A stretch of 64,000 nucleotides of DNA, taken from contig CAVSDR010000003.1 of NCBI GenBank assembly GCA_963726745.1, positions 96,001-160,000 on the forward strand, written 5' to 3'. The position numbers and the translations under genes were made by a program. The number at the start of each line of letters is the position of its first letter. The stretch's first letter is position 1. This DNA is from an uncultured Verrucomicrobiae bacterium. GTDB lineage: Bacteria; Verrucomicrobiota; Verrucomicrobiia; Chthoniobacterales; UBA10450. Below are positions 63,708-64,000 of the stretch, one piece after another. The notes under the pieces were generated by a model. It was not told where the DNA came from. It saw nothing but the letters and a program-made list of their open reading frames with translations, and ran no database searches.

Positions 63708-64000
63708 TTAAACCTCCGCCGTTAGACGGCCCGCGGTGCGCGTTCGTTCGATATAGGCCCGCGCCGCGCGCCGGATTTCCTCCGCCACCTCCGCCTCCGG
63801 CCGGACGAATTTCGGGGTGAACCACGGAAACATCCCGATCAAGTCATGCGTCACCAGAATCTGCCCGTCGCATTGTTCGCCCGAACCGATCCCGATCGTC
63901 GGGATCTCCAGCGCTTCGGAAATTTGCCGTGCGGTCTGCGCGGCCACGATCTCGAGCACGACTGCGAAAGCCCCCGCCGCCTGCACCGCGCGCGCATCCT
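63708..64000 (-). CDS. panB: 3-Methyl-2-oxobutanoate hydroxymethyltransferase (3' part)
   Basis: [32 protein letters not shown]. Confidence 0.92.
   Translation of the reverse strand, partial: DARAVQAAGAFAVVLEIVAAQTARQISEALEIPTIGIGSGEQCDGQILVTHDLIGMFPWFTPKFVRPEAEVAEEIRRAARAYIERTRTAGRLTAEV

Overview
High-GC bacterial DNA. The gene content (tandem PilB/GspE ATPases, duplicated MacB-type permease, PEP-CTERM-like and 'RFYRV'-type C-terminal sorting domains, VVSRKTHG+dockerin tail) suggests Verrucomicrobia, Chthoniobacterales-like (inference). About 45 genes: an NtrC/kinase pair beside a HlyD-ABC-serine hydrolase operon, thrC, comM, a hybrid kinase, a MetE-like gene, ligD, peptidase/esterase genes, mutS, a 17 kb glycosyltransferase/methyltransferase region, pyk, a sigma-70 factor, ino1, a T4P/T2SS cluster, an OmpA-domain gene and panB. 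About nine single-base frameshifts look like long-read errors. Three things stand out. (1) A non-palindromic 9-mer, GCCTAACGA, occurs at least 31 times exactly (41 CTAACGA cores) on both strands and in all six reading frames, forcing rare codons and overlapping stop codons. It behaves like a DNA uptake or chromosome-organising signal, and a second related motif GCYGGCTAA accompanies it. (2) A duplicated module of a small secreted Cys/His peptide plus an O-antigen-ligase/O-OTase-TPR protein flanks two surface-sorted proteins. (3) A bipartite promoter-like motif, TGAATCC-N16-GCATC, precedes three dispersed export/peptidase transcription units. No rRNA, tRNA, CRISPR array or transposase was recognised.
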